This document shows, in pieces, positions 1 through 12,990 of a stretch of DNA of 64,000 nt (positions are counted from its first letter, which is position 1; every line of letters begins with the position of its first letter). Under the pieces are notes generated by a model. The model saw nothing but the letters and a program-made list of their open reading frames with translations. It did not search any database and was not told the DNA's origin. The stretch is taken from positions 64,294,001-64,358,000 of the forward strand of contig NC_086104.1 in assembly GCF_963921235.1 (NCBI RefSeq). Reading direction: 5' to 3'. The translations under genes and the position numbers were made by a program. Origin of the DNA: Mobula hypostoma (lineage: Eukaryota).

Positions 1-232
1 TGATTTACACTTTCAATATCAAATTCTATTGCACGATAGTTACAATTCCCCAAATGCCCTTTGACATCAAGATTATCAATTATTCTTCTTGTATTACACT
101 AAACTAGATCTACAAAAGCCTTCTCCATAATTGGTTCATCAACATATTGTTCCAGGAAAACACCTCAAGTAAATTCCATGAATTTAACTTCCACTTTTTT
201 ACAGGAAATCGGATTTGTTCCGTCTCCACGTA

Positions 233-900
233 CAGTGCCTTGAGGAAGTATTCAACCTCCAAACCTTTGTTTACATAAATGATTATTGCAACCAGGCACT
301 TAGATAAATTTAACTGAGATTTTTTATTTGTGAATCACATGCTCTCTTTTTCACAGTAGAGCCCAAACAACAGGGAAATTGTACCTCATGAATAACTAAA
401 AGTTCAAAACCTGAAATGTTAGCAGTTCAAAAGTATTCAGCCCACTTTGCTCAGTACTAAGTTGAACCACCTCTCACATCTATTACAGCCAGTAGTCTTT
501 TTGGATAAGTCTCTGTTAGCTTCGATGAACTTTTCCAATTCTATTAGCTCTTCCCATTCATTGTTGCGAAATTGCTCAAGCTGTGCCAGGTTATTTGGGG
601 AGCAGCAGTAGACAGCAACCTTGAGGTCTTGCTAAAGATGTTTGATCAGGTTAAGGTCAGGACTCTGACTGGGCCATTCAAGGAGATCAATTTTCTTCAT
701 TTGAAGAAACTTCTATGGTTGCTCTGGGTCATTTTCCAGCCGAAAGATGAACTTCCTCCCTAGTTTAGGCTTTCTGGCAGAGACTAACAGGTTTTATTCC
801 ATGATTTCTGAATTTAGCATTATTCATATTCCCATCAGTCCTGACCAGATTTCCAGTCCCTGCTGCTGAAAAGCATCCCCATACCATAATGCTCACTCCA
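233..900 (-). mobile_element. Old Tc1-like DNA transposon remnant (one TIR plus degraded transposase 3' end)
   Basis: TA at 231-232 followed by CAGTGCCTTGAGGAAGTATTCA, a typical Tc1 TIR start. An inner repeat AAAGTATTCAG lies near 430. Downstream sequence is antisense to degraded Tc1 transposase (gtcaggactctgactgggccattc = EWPSQSPD). Confidence 0.65.
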
Positions 901-1279
901 TCCCAAGCTACCTTGAACAATTTCCCGAAAGGATACTGGTCTAAGCACTGCTAGATGGAACCCTTCTAATTTCTGCAAATCCCACTTTGTTTCAGTGCCT
1001 CAGAAATCTGAAACCACAGCATCTCTCCCACCACTCCTTCATCAGATCTTCCACTCCTACTCAAATTTTGCTGGCATATAACTAATTAGCTATGTGTGTT
1101 CTGCCTCCAGGACTTCATCCATTCTTCTTTTATTATTGATATTATGGACTATGATCTTTGCCCATGTTTGATCTTCAATGTAAAGAACTGCCAGGATTTC
1201 TTGCACATATACCAATATTCCACCACTTCTGATGGGTCATTCCTGCCACTGGGCCAAGATATAAATATTACAATATTCA

Positions 1280-1550
1280 AGCTGTTAGACATAGGTTCAT
1301 ACAGCACAAAAACATGCCATTCCAACTCACTAGTCAATGTTGGCTAAGATTTCCATCTGAGATAGTCTCATTTGTCTGTGTTTGATCCAAATTCCTCTAA
1401 ACCCTTGTTATTCAGGCACCTGTCCAAGTGTCTTTTGGACTTTGCTAAAATTCTTATTCCTATTTAATACCTCTCTTCTCACCTTAAATCTATACCCTCT
1501 GGTTCTTGATTCTCCAACCCTGGGAAAAAGGCTGTGTGCATTGACCATTG
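1280..1550 (-). mobile_element. Degraded CR1 LINE 3' tail
   Basis: Resembles the CR1 3' ends elsewhere in the window (ctctcaccttaaatctataccctctggttcttgattc). Confidence 0.5.
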
Positions 1551-2144
1551 CTTGAAAAGTCAATAAGACAGCTCTCCCATTATAGACATCAAACTCCGAA
1601 TGTTTCTGGAAAAGAGCTAGCTACATCCAAACCAATTTTATCCTTCTTCCTATTTTAACACAGTGACTATGATACAACTGAATTTTCACTCGGTCATTTC
1701 AAAGGGAGTTTAAGAGTCAATCACTTGGAGTGCATCTCGAGTTACATTTCAGCTATTGAGAGCCAGATACATTTTTATGTTAATCAGGAGTTTCATAAAC
1801 ACTAACAGTAAAAATAAGTTTGTTTTGAAAATTTCAAGATTGAATTTAATTGAATAAAATAATTCAATGGACCATTTACTCCACTCAGGAAAGCAAATTC
1901 AGAATGTCAAATAAATTATGAATCTAAGTTGTCTGTTTATAATATAGGCCAAAACCAATTTCCTCCACTATTTGCTGAGACCTCACCACATTAAAACTGA
2001 TAATATCTAACATAGGAATATATGAATTTGATAAAATTGAATCACATAGCAAAAAATTAGCTTCTAGCATGATACTGTTGCAGAATACTTAGGTCACATA
2101 ATTTTCAAACTAGAAAGACCGAATAATTTTAGCAATTCACTTAC

Positions 2145-2261
2145 TTTTCCGTAGGATCCTTGACCCAACACTTTAAGCAATTCGAACTGAGAGGGATCTG
2201 CTTTTTCAAAGCCTTCTTTTACATGGTTGCTGATGTCTATTTCCTTCACAATGCCTTCATC
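2145..2261 (-). CDS. RPS6KA2: Ribosomal protein S6 kinase alpha-2 (RSK3), coding exon 2 (117 nt, phase 0/0)
   Basis: Encodes [39 protein letters not shown], the start of the N-terminal kinase domain with its Gly-rich loop. Acceptor ttccaacag|GAT, donor AAA|gtaagt. Joins exon 1 in frame. Confidence 0.97.
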
Positions 2262-3626
2262 CTGTTGGAAAATGGTTACACGGAAAATTACAGGTGTTGG
2301 AAATCCTATAAGGCAGCAATAAACCACACATTCTTCACATGATCGTTTTAATTTATATTACTTCATTAGGCTGCTGAAGCAATCTTTTCCATACAAGTAG
2401 TTGGTTATCATTATATTCTGGGATGCTATAAAAATTTATCTCTGCTATGGGCTGTAAACATTGGATTCAGAGGCTGTCACGTGGCATTTTAACAAAGCGG
2501 GGTATCTAGAAGATAAATAGAAGATGGAGTGAAAAATAAATCTTTGGAGAGAGGATGGTGTCCAGTGTTATAAATCCTATCAAGAAGAATTGGAGATTTT
2601 CCTTCAACTTTAAATACAACTCTTTCTTAGATGTGATGGTACTTCAGTAGTTTTCATTAGAATACAATGGTGCACAACAAACTCCCACCAACAACTTCTG
2701 CCTCCTTATTTACCTCATAGCTAGACAAAAAATTGAGAACCCAGGGGGATATGACTTAGCTTTTGCAACTAGAGTATTACACATATCTCACAATCACTCA
2801 CAATCTATTCACTTTACCTAATTACCTAAGTACAAAGATTTTAATTGCAATTAGCTTATGGCATGTGTGAGCTCTTTAATATACAGGTGTTAAGTTGTGG
2901 ATTCAGTTCACACATGCAGTGAACCATAATGAAGAATTAAGAGATACAGAAGTGATAATATCAGAGGGAATAAATGATGGCAGGCGAAATATAATGCGAT
3001 GGATAATCAAGGTAGAATAAGGGGAAGAAATGCAAGTTAAATACACAATTTTAACAGGGAAGTGAGAACTCCTGCTCTAGGATGTACATTTACAAGCCTT
3101 CGAAGAACCTTCTCTTCACCCTTTCTAAATCCTCAGTTCCCTCGACAGATCTGGCTAAAACTGGATACAGTATTCCAGATGAGATGCAATCCAGGTCTGG
3201 TACATGTTACTTACTGACTAACCTCTCTTAGCTTTCCACTATTTGCAATTGTCACTTCAGATTAATTACTTTTTTGGCTGTTACTTAATTTCTGATGATT
3301 TGCTGACTTCTCACTAATGTAACACTTCTAAACTGTCAGAATGAAATAATTATTATTTGTTTAGGGATTTAATTATTACAGACTGACTGTAGTTGTTAAG
3401 TACTCTGCCGCAGACTCCAGCAGCAAGTATCACATCAAACAAGTATATCATCAAACAAATATATCATTCTACAAAATAGAATTCAACCCATCTGGGGCTT
3501 GCTTTGTGTGATTGCAACAAGATCTTGTATATATGGCAAAATATTCCAACATTGATTAGCAAACAAAATTTTACATTGAGCCATAGGAGGGGACACTGGG
3601 ACAAATGAACAATTGTTCTGCTGTGA

Positions 3627-4672
3627 AACACAAGGAATTCTGCAGGTGCTGGAAATTCAAGCAACACACATCAAATTTGCTGGTGAACGCAGCAGGCCAG
3701 GCAGCATCTCTAGGAAGAGGTACAGTCGACGTTTCGGTCAGAGACCCTTCGTCAGGACTAACTGAAGGAAAAGCTAGTAAGAGGTTTGAAAGTGGGAGGG
3801 GGAGGGGGAGATCCAAAATGATAGGAGAAGACAGGAAGGGGAGGGATGGAGCCAAGAGCTGGACAGGTGATTGACAAAGGGGATATGAGAGGGTCATGGG
3901 ACAGGAGGCCCAGGGAGAAGGAAAAGGGGGGGGGGGAAACCAGAGGATGGGCAAGGGGTATAGTGAGAGGAACAGAGGGAGAAAAAGGAGAGAGAGAAAA
4001 AGAATGTGTGTATATAAATAAATAACGGATGGGGTACGAGGGGGTGTTGGGGCATTAGCGAAAGTTAGAGAAGTCAATGTTCATGCCATCAAGTTGGAGA
4101 CTACCCAGACGGAATATAAGGTGTTGTTCCTCCAACCTGAGTGTGGCTTCATCTTTACAGTAGAGGAGGCCGTGGATAGACATATCAGAATGGGAATGGG
4201 ATGTGGAATTAAAATGTGTGGCCATTGGGAGATCCTGCTTTCTCTGGCGGTCAGAACATTGACTTCTCTAACTTCCGCTAATGTCCCACCTCCCCCTCGT
4301 ACCACATCCGTTATTTATTTATATACACACATTCTTTCTCTCTCTCTCCTTTTTCTCCCTCTGTCCCTCTCACTATACCCCTTGCCCTGGTTTTTCCCCC
4401 TCCCCCTTTTCCTTCTCCCTAGGCCTCCTGTCCCATGATCCTCTCATATCCCTTTTGCCAATCACCTGTCCAGCTCTTGGATCCATCCCTTCCCCTCCTG
4501 TCTTCTCCTATCATTTTGGATCTCCCCCTCCCCCTCCCACTTTCAAATATCTTACTAACTCTTCCTTCAGTTAGTCATGACGAAGGGTCTTGGCCCGAAA
4601 CATCGACTGTACCTCTTCCTAGAGATGCTGCCTGGCCTGCTGCATTCACCAGCAAATTTGATGTGTGTTGCA
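3627..4672 (-). mobile_element. Penelope-like element 3' end with inverted pseudo-LTR (~410 bp inverted arms)
   Basis: Arms ~3661-4080 and ~4255-4670 are reverse complements. The spacer encodes a GIY-YIG C-terminal remnant on minus (HCKDEATLRLEEQHLIFRLGSLQ). Imperfect flanking duplication tctg(c/t)tgt(g/a)aaa. Confidence 0.85.
3724..3759 (-). ncRNA. Minimal type I hammerhead ribozyme motif (Penelope-associated)
   Basis: Minus strand reads agtc-CTGACGA-ag-ggtc tct gacc-GAAAC-GTC-gact: conserved core boxes, stem I agtc/gact, stem II, palindromic ACGT stem III, GUC cleavage triplet. Confidence 0.75.
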
Positions 4673-5229
4673 TCTGTTGTAAAAGGTGGATTTGAGGAAC
4701 AACTTACTGGAGAGGGAGAGCGTGAAAGAGATTGATGGAGCTGATAATGTGGACATTAACATAAAACAGAGGTGGGCAGTTAGCAAAATTAGATAAGTAC
4801 AGGGAGATTTATGTGCTGAGGACATTACAGAAATAAAGATGAATAACTTGAGAGCAAGAATAGGTATTTTAAAAGCAAGTCTTAGCTATCAAATCAACAA
4901 TAACTCAATGCTATTGTTGACGAACATTAGCAATGATGAATACGCTGTGAGTCAGGAAAAAGAGAATAGAAAATGTGCTTAACTTTGTGGAGAGTGGCAG
5001 GCATAAAACTGGCTAAGAGAATATTGGAACATGAGGTGTAAAGGTAAAAGAAAATATGAATATAGTCTTCATTAACAGGTGAACTGATGTAAATTTTCAG
5101 TCTGATTTCCTGGATCAGGGAAAGAATGTGGGATTGGAGTTCAGCGCAGAATTAAATAGGAGGCAAAGAGTTTAATTTCAGTTCAGATAGTGGCTAAGAG
5201 ACTAATCTACATAATATTAAACATGAGTC

Positions 5230-6070
5230 TGATGTGGATGCAAAGGTTTAAGAGCAGGGTTCAGAAAGAAATCAGAAGGGCAAAAAGGTATAAGATGGAT
5301 TTGGCAAGTAGAGTTAAAGATAATCCCCAGAGGTTCTTCAATTTTATTAATGGTAAAAGGGTGACTAAGGAGAGACTAGTTCCTCTTAAAGACTATCAGA
5401 GTTGCCTATGTATGGAACTGCAGGAAATGGCCCAGATGTTTAATATCTATTGCTCCTCAGTCGTACTAAGGATAATATCATGGTTGCCAAAGGAATAGGG
5501 CAATAAGCAGTAAGGTCTTGGAATATACATACTGTACATTATGAGGAAGGATGTATTTGCAACCTTGAAGCACACCTGACCAAGTGCACCCCCTGGACCT
5601 TATCGGAGGCTAGGGAAGAAATTATGGAGGCCCTTGTCAAGATACTTATTTTGCAATCAGCTACTGGATGAAGTTCCAAAAGACTGGGGCTAGCTAGTGT
5701 TGTCCCATTGTTCAAGAAATATAGCAAGGACAGGCCAGTGAGCCTGACTTCTGTTGTAGGGAAATTAATGCAGTGATTTCTGAGGGACAAGATCTACCAT
5801 CACTTGGATAATCAAACTGATCAGAAATGGTCAGCATGGTTTAGTATGTGGGAGGTCATGCCTCAAAATCTTTTGGAGCTTTTAAAAGAGTTAACTAAGG
5901 GGATAGATGAAGGAAGGGCGGTGAATGGTATCTATATGTATTCTACTAAGGCCTTTGCTCACATGGCAGACAGATCTGAAAGTTAGGTTACATGGTATTC
6001 ATGAGAAGCGAGTGAAATGGATTTAGAATTAGCTTGATCATAGGAAGCAGGGGGTGATGGTTGAAGGTTG
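5230..6070 (+). mobile_element. Degraded CR1 LINE ORF2 fragment
   Basis: ORF-track peptides KEIRRAKR...VKDNPQRFFNFINGKRV and TKGIDEGRAV...KAF are CR1 tether/RT motifs. Confidence 0.8.
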
Positions 6071-7995
6071 ATACCCAGTGACTTGGCCTCCACAGCCATC
6101 TGTGGCAATGAATACCACAGATTCACTACCCTCTGGCTAAATGGATGTTGCTCTATTCTGAGGCTGTGCATTCTGGTCCTAGACTCCTCCACTATAGGGA
6201 ACATCCTTGCCCTGTGGCCATCAGACATCTGGAACTAGCAACCAACCAGAAAAGGCCTCTTTATCCTCACTCTGCCCCCTTCCAGTTAGCCAATCTTCTT
6301 TCCATGCTAGTATCTTTCCTGTAATACCATGGATTCTTATCTTGTTAGGCCTCATCTTCAGCATCTTGACAAAGTTCTTCTGAAAATCCCAATAAACAAC
6401 ATCCACTGACTTTCCTTTGACTACCCTGCTTGTTATTTTCTCAATGAATTCTAACAAATTTGTCATGCAAAACTTCCCCTTAAGGAAACCATACTGACTT
6501 TGGCATACTTTATCATATGCCTCCCAGTACCCAAGAATGGTCCTTAATAATGGATTCCAACATCTTCCCAATCACTGAAATCAAGCTAACTCACCTATGA
6601 TTTCCTTTCTTCTGCCTCCTTCCCTTCTTAAAGAGAGTATAGAGACATTTGCAGTTTTCTAGTCCTCCAGATTCATTCCAGAATCTAGTGATTCTTGAAA
6701 GATCACTACTAATGCTTCTACAATCTCTTCAGCTACCTCTTCCAGAACTCTGGAGTGTAGTCCATTCTGGTCCAGGTGATTTACCTTCAGAACGTTCAGC
6801 TTCCCAAGAACCTTCACCTTAGTAATAGCAACTACACTCACTTCTGTCCCCTGACACTCTCGAATGTCTAGCTTACTGCTATTGTCTTCCACAGTGAAGA
6901 CATACAAAATACTTATGCGTGTCTGCTACTTCTTTGACCCCCATTACCACCTCTTCAGCAACATTTTCCAGCAATCTGATATCCACACCTGCCTCTCTTT
7001 TAAATTTTATGTATTTGAAAAAGCTTTTGGTATCCTCTTTTATATTATTGACCAGCTTCCCTTCATAATTCATCTTTCTGTTGGTTTTTAAAAGCTTCAC
7101 AAACCTCTAACTTCCCATTAATTTTTGTTATATTAAATGCCCTCTATTTTGCATTTATGCTGTCTTTGACTTTCCTTGTCAGCCACAGTTTCATCACATT
7201 CCCTTTAGAATACTTCCTCATCTTTGGGATGTATCTATCCTGCTCCATCGGAATAGCTCAAAGAAACTGCAGCCATTGCTGTTCTGCTGTAATCTCTGCA
7301 GATGTCCCCTTCCAATATACTTTGGCTAGGTCCTCCCTCATATTCCACTGTAATACTGATATATCTGACTTTAGCTTCTCCCTCTCAAACAGCACAGTGA
7401 ATTCTACCATATGATCACTCCCTCCAAAGGGTTCCTTTATCTTAAGCTCCTTTATCAAATCTGGTGCAAAGCACAATGTCCAATCCAGAACTGCTTTTCC
7501 ACTATTGGGCTCAACCACAAGCTGCTCTAAAGAATCATTTCAGAAGCATTCTACAAATTCCTCCTCTTGGGATCCAGCACCAACCTAATTTTCCTAATCT
7601 ACTTGCATCCTGAAATCCCCATGACTATTGTAACATTGCCCTTTTCAAATGCCTTTTCTATCTCCATTGTAATTTGTATCCCACATCCTGGCTAATGTTC
7701 GGAGGATTGTATGAACTCCCATCATGTTCTTCATACCTTTGCAGTTTCTTAACTCTACTCACAAGGATTTTACATTTTCTGATCTTATGTCGCCTCTTTC
7801 TAAGGATTTGATTTCATTTTTTTTAGCAACAGAGTCACTCCACTCCCTCCGCCTACCTGCCTGTTCTGTCAACACAATGTGCATCTTGGATGTTAAGCTC
7901 CCAAGCATGATCTTCCCTCAGCCACAACTCAGTGATGCTCACAATGTCATACTTGTCAATCTCTATAACTACAATACAAGATCATCTACATTATT
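6071..7995 (-). mobile_element. Internally deleted CR1 LINE (EN-RT fragments plus 3' end)
   Basis: Minus peptides SQYGFLKGKFCMTNLLEF, VDVVYWDFQK, EPFGGSDHMVEF, FSQRVVNLWYSLP. Confidence 0.85.
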
Positions 7996-7999
7996 CTGT

Positions 8000-8365
8000 G
8001 TAGGAATCTGACAGGAGTTTATAAATTCATGAGAGTTATGGATAGGATGGGTGGTCATACTGTTTTCACAGAGTTGGGGAATCTAAAACTAGAAGGCACA
8101 GATACTAGATATGAGGGGACAAATTTAAAAGAAACGTCAGATGTAACTTGTTTGCACAAAAGGTAGAAGTAGCTGAAATGAGCTCCCAGATGAACTGGTT
8201 AGGCAGGTACATCAGTAACATTTAAGAGGGTTCAGAATAGGTTTATGGAGGGGAAGGGCTTGGAAGGCTATGAGCCAAGCCACAGGCAAATGGGACAGCA
8301 GGGACGATGTTGTGATCTGCATGGATCAGATGGGCCAAAAGGCCTGTTTCCTTGTGGTATAACTC
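8000..8365 (+). mobile_element. CR1 3' end
   Basis: Degraded C-terminus plus 3' UTR gatgggccaaaaggcctgtttcc. Probably the continuation of the 5230-6070 copy. Confidence 0.7.
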
Positions 8366-9479
8366 AATGGATTTACATCTCAATCTGGTTGATAGGTGAT
8401 TGTAGCAATGTAGTGGGGCAGTCAGAAAGAATGTGTATCTCAAGGCTACAAAAGAAATTAGACAACATATTTAAGTTAGTTGATCTGTATCAATTAAATC
8501 TATGACCAAAAATCTTCAGGTTATGATGCAGTAAAAAAGCATGAATACCGCTGAACGCTCTAAGGTAGAGTTGGAAGAATTTTGGAATGTCAGTCATTAT
8601 TATGCAGTAATCAAATAGATAGTATTGTGTTAAATCGCATTGTATTTGAAACACAGCCCTGGATATATCTAAGCCCTGAAGGAGATTCATAGAAAAGACC
8701 TTAAGCTAAACTGCGATCAATAGCTTCCGAAAATTTCAACCAAAATTGTGGCTGAAGATGCAGGCATTTGGCCCATGCTGAAAAATTGCCAGTGACCCTT
8801 GTTATCACATTAGAACATGCCCAAACTCAAAGTAGGCATAAAGCCAAACAAACCACAGGCTTATTAATTTGTTCAATCAGAAGGTTTGACAGTGGAACAT
8901 AAAGCTGCCAGAAAACATTCAGACATTGTACTTCAAAGTGCAACACATTTCCAATCACATGAAATTTATTGGTGCCTAAATGTGAAGTTTTTCACCTGGT
9001 ACAATGCAAAGAAATATTTAGATACTAGTGCCAGATGACTGAGTTATGATCAAGAGCACACGGGCAGAAATCCGTCCTCAGTTACATATTCTACAGTATA
9101 TCCATGGCTAATACGCTTGTACATTACTGTGACAACTGTGCACAACACACTGCTTCTGGAATTCAGTTCCTGATGTATCCATGTTTTGGGGGTAAATTGT
9201 ACAGAACAATGATATTGAACGATTAGCACATATGACTGAGGATTTATTTCTGTCCCTTTGATCTTTCAGCATTGAAACAGAGGTGTGAGCTTTGTGAGTT
9301 ATCTAAAATGGTAATTAATTCAGGAAAGGTGATCCTAGCAGACAAATACAAATGAAAGTTTGGCAGCATGAAAATAAATTTTGAGGTTTGTATCATAAAG
9401 TTCTTTACAAGGAGAATGTTTACCACATAAAGCGATAATGGACGATAAAGGTCTTGCAAGTTATTTCAACTCAGGCCTG

Positions 9480-10800
9480 GGAGTAGCCTGGATACACACC
9501 AATTTGCCTACCATCGCAGCAGATGTCATTTTATTGGCCCTTCTCTCAGGTCTGGAACATCAAAACAAAGAAGATGTATACATCAGGATGCTCTTCACTG
9601 AGTATAACTCAGCATTTAACACTACTATCCCCTCAGCTGATCACTATGCTCGAAGACCTGGACCTTGATATCTCTTTGTGCAACTGGATCCTCAATTTCC
9701 TCAATTGCAGACCTCTGTCGGTACAGATTGGCAACAACATCTCCTCCACGATCTCCGTCAACACCGGTTCTACATGCTTAGCCTCCTGCTCTATTTGTTT
9801 TATACTTATGACTGTGAGACTAAGTACAGTTCTAATGGCATAGTTATGTTTGTTGACAACACCACTGTTGTTGGCCAAAGCAAAGGTAGTGACAAATCAG
9901 CATATCGAAGGGAGATTGAAAATCTAGCTGAATGATGCCACAGCAACAGGTCCTCACTCAACATCAGCAAAACCAAAGATTTGAAGATCAACTACGGGAG
10001 GAAAATCCCAGTAGTCCATGAGCCAGTCCTCATTCGGGGATCTGAAGCAAAGAGGGTCAGTAGCTTTAAATTCTTCGGCGTGACCACATGAGAGGGTTTT
10101 TCCTGGGACCAACATGTAAGTGCCATCACAAAGGCGGTATGACAGTGCCCCTACTTTCTCAGAAGTTTGCGTAGATTCAGCATGTCACCCAATAGTTTAG
10201 AAAACTTCTATAGATGCTCAGTGGAAAGCACCCTAACTGGTTGCATCTCAGCCTAGTACTGACACACCAAAGCCAAGAAATGGAAAAGTGTACAGAAGGT
10301 AGTGGGCACAGCCTGTTCCCAACGAAGTCCTCCGTACCATTGAGCACATTTACATGGAATGCTGCCAAAACAAAGCAGCATCCACTATCAGGGTTCACAC
10401 TGACCATCCAGGCCATGCTCTATTTTCGCTACTACCATTAAGCAGGACATACAGAAGCCTGAGGTCCCACACCACCAGTTTCAGGAATAGTTATTATCCT
10501 GCAACCACTGGGCTCCTGCCCAGTGTGGATAACTTCACTCACCTCATCTCTGAATTGATTCAGCAACTACTTCCAAGGACATTGCAGCTCATGTTCTCAT
10601 GATTATTTAATTTTTTTTATTTGCACAATTTGTCTTCTTTTGCACATTTATGTATTTGTCAGTCTTTGTTCATGTATAGCTTTTCACAAATTCTATTGTA
10701 TTTCTTTATTTTTCTGTAAATGCCAGAAAGAAAGTGAATCTCGAGGTGGTATATTGTAACATATACATACTTCGATAAAAAAAATTTCTTTGATTTTGAA
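9480..10800 (+). mobile_element. Degraded Rex1/Babar-type LINE 3' portion
   Basis: YIRMLFTEYNSAFNT, LCNWILNFL, FVDNTTVVG...SAYRREIENL, HPGHALFSLLP...SFRNSYYP, followed by an AT-rich tail. Confidence 0.85.
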
Positions 10801-11362
10801 ATTATTTTAAAATGGCAAAAAGAGCACAATAACCTCTTACTAGGCAATTGGGTAAAAAAACACTTTTTCACCTGTATATATCTTTCCATCCTATGAAACA
10901 GCTATTTGCATTAGAAAAGTTTTTCAGAGTGACAGGACATTCAGCCAACAGTTAGATAGAAACAGAGAGCAGAACTTGGCTTTATTTGGAGCAAAGAAAA
11001 TTGAAGGGAATTATTGTGGCTATTGTGGGCAAGATGTATTGGATTTCTGCACTGTTCTTCCATGATGTGGGAAGGAGATCCCACCAGGTTTCCAATCAGG
11101 TCTGATTTTTCACTTCTTTTGCTGATTTGTGGAAAGAGTTGAGTTCTCAAGCCTCTGTAAATTGCATAAGGTGGCCTTGGCATTTCAGAAAAGGCACAAT
11201 GTCCATGGTAGAGACCAACTGGTACTTGGAGTGCTCAAGTGTAACTGACGGCATTCCTGGTTCCACTCTCCAGATAAACTTTCAGCATCCCACGTGTCTC
11301 ATCATAGATCAGACCTGAAGTGTGCTTGAATTTGCCACTGCAAGCCAGCTGGCACACAAGTA

Positions 11363-12990
11363 TAGTTGAAGTCAGAAGTTTACATACACCTTAGCCAAAT
11401 ACATTTAAACTCAGTTTTTCACAATTCCTAACATTTAATCCTAGAAAACATTCCCTGTATTAGGTCAGTTAGGACCACTACTCTAGTTTAAGAATTTGAA
11501 ATGTCAGAATAATAGTAGAGAGAATGATTTATTTCAGCTTTTATTACTTTCATCACTTTCCCAGTGGGTCAGAAGTTTACATACACTTTGTTAGTATTTG
11601 GTAGCATTGCCTTTAAATTGTTTAACTTGGGTCAAATGTTTTGGGTAGCCTTCCACAAGCTTCTCACAGTAAGTTGCTGGAATTTTATTGCATTCCTCCA
11701 GACCGAACTGGTGTAACTGAGTCAGGTTTGTAGGCCTCCTTGCTCGCACACGCTTTTTCAGTTCTGCCCACAAATTTTCTATCGGATTGAGGTCAGGGCT
11801 TTGTGATGGCCACTCCGATACCTTGACTTTATTGTCCTTAAGCAATTTTGCCACAACTTTGGAGGTATGCTTGTCCATTTGGAAGACCCATTTGCAACCG
11901 AGCTTTAACTTCCTGGCTGATGTCTTGAGATATTGCTTCAATATATCCACGTAATTTTCCTTCCTCATGATGCCATCTATTTTGTGAAGTGCACCAGTCT
12001 CTCCTGCAGCAAAGCACCCCCACAACATGATGCTGCCACCCCATGCTTCACGGTTGGGATGGTGTTCTTGGGCTTGCAAGCCTCACCCTTTTTCCTCCAA
12101 ACATAATGATGGTCATTATGGCCAAATAGTTAAATTTTTGTTTCATCAGACCAGAGGACGTTTCTCCAAAAAGTAAGATCTTTGTCCCATGTGCACTTGC
12201 AAACTGTCGTCTGGTTTTTTTATGGCAGTTTTGGAGCAGTAGCTTCCTCCTTGCTGAGCAGCCTTTCAGGTTATGTTGATATAGGACTTGTTTTACTGTG
12301 GATATAGATACTTGTCTACCTGTTTCCTCCGGCATCTTTACAAGGTCCTTTACTGTTGTTCTGAGATTCATTTGCACTTTTCGTGCCGAAGTACATTCAT
12401 CTCTAGGAGACAGAATGTGTTTCCTTCCTGAGCAGTATGATGACTGCGTGGTCCCATGGGGTTCATACTTGCGTACTATTGTTTGTACAGATGAACGTGG
12501 TACCTTCAGGTGTTTGGAAATTGCTCCCAAGGATGAACCAGGCTTGACCTCATTTTCTGAACTCGATCCTATAGAAGATTTGTGGGCAGAACTGAAAAAG
12601 CACATGTGAGCAAGGAGGCCTACAAACCTGACTCAGTAACACCAGTTCTGTCTGGAGGAATGGAACAAAATTCCAGCAACTTACTGTGAGAAGCTTGTGG
12701 AAGGCTACCCAAAACGTTTGACCCAAGTTAAAGAGTTTAAAGGCAATGCTACCAAATACTAACAAAGTGTAAGTAAACTTCTAACCCGCTGGGAAAGTGA
12801 TGAAAGTAATAAAAGCTGAAATAAATCATTCTCTCTACTATTAATTTGACATTTCACAGTCTTAAAATAAAGTAGTGATCCTAACTGACCTAAGACAGGG
12901 AATGTTTTCTAGGATTAAATGTTAGGGATTGTGAAAAACTGAGTTTAAATGTATTTGGCTAAGGCGTATGTAAACTTTTGACTTCAACTG
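11363..12990 (-). mobile_element. Sleeping Beauty-like Tc1 (IR/DR) transposon with defective DD34E transposase and two right-type ends
   Basis: TA flanks at 11361-62 and 12991-92. Termini (C/T)AGTTGAAGTC(A)GAAGTTTACATAC; inner DR CCAGTGGGTCAGAAGTTTACATACAC. Frameshifted transposase 12545-11591 (GSSLGAISKHLKVPRSSVQTIVRKY...GGSIMLWGCFAAG...SPDLNPIENLWAELKKRVRARRPTNL...QFKGNATKY). Confidence 0.95.

Noticed and set aside
2262-2327. N-terminal part of ORF 2094-2327 as coding
   Set aside because: It lies outside the AG acceptor. Only 2145-2261 matches RSK3.
3571-4695. Pro/Leu-rich and Gly/Arg-rich ORFs as proteins
   Set aside because: Low-complexity translations of the Penelope pseudo-LTR arms.
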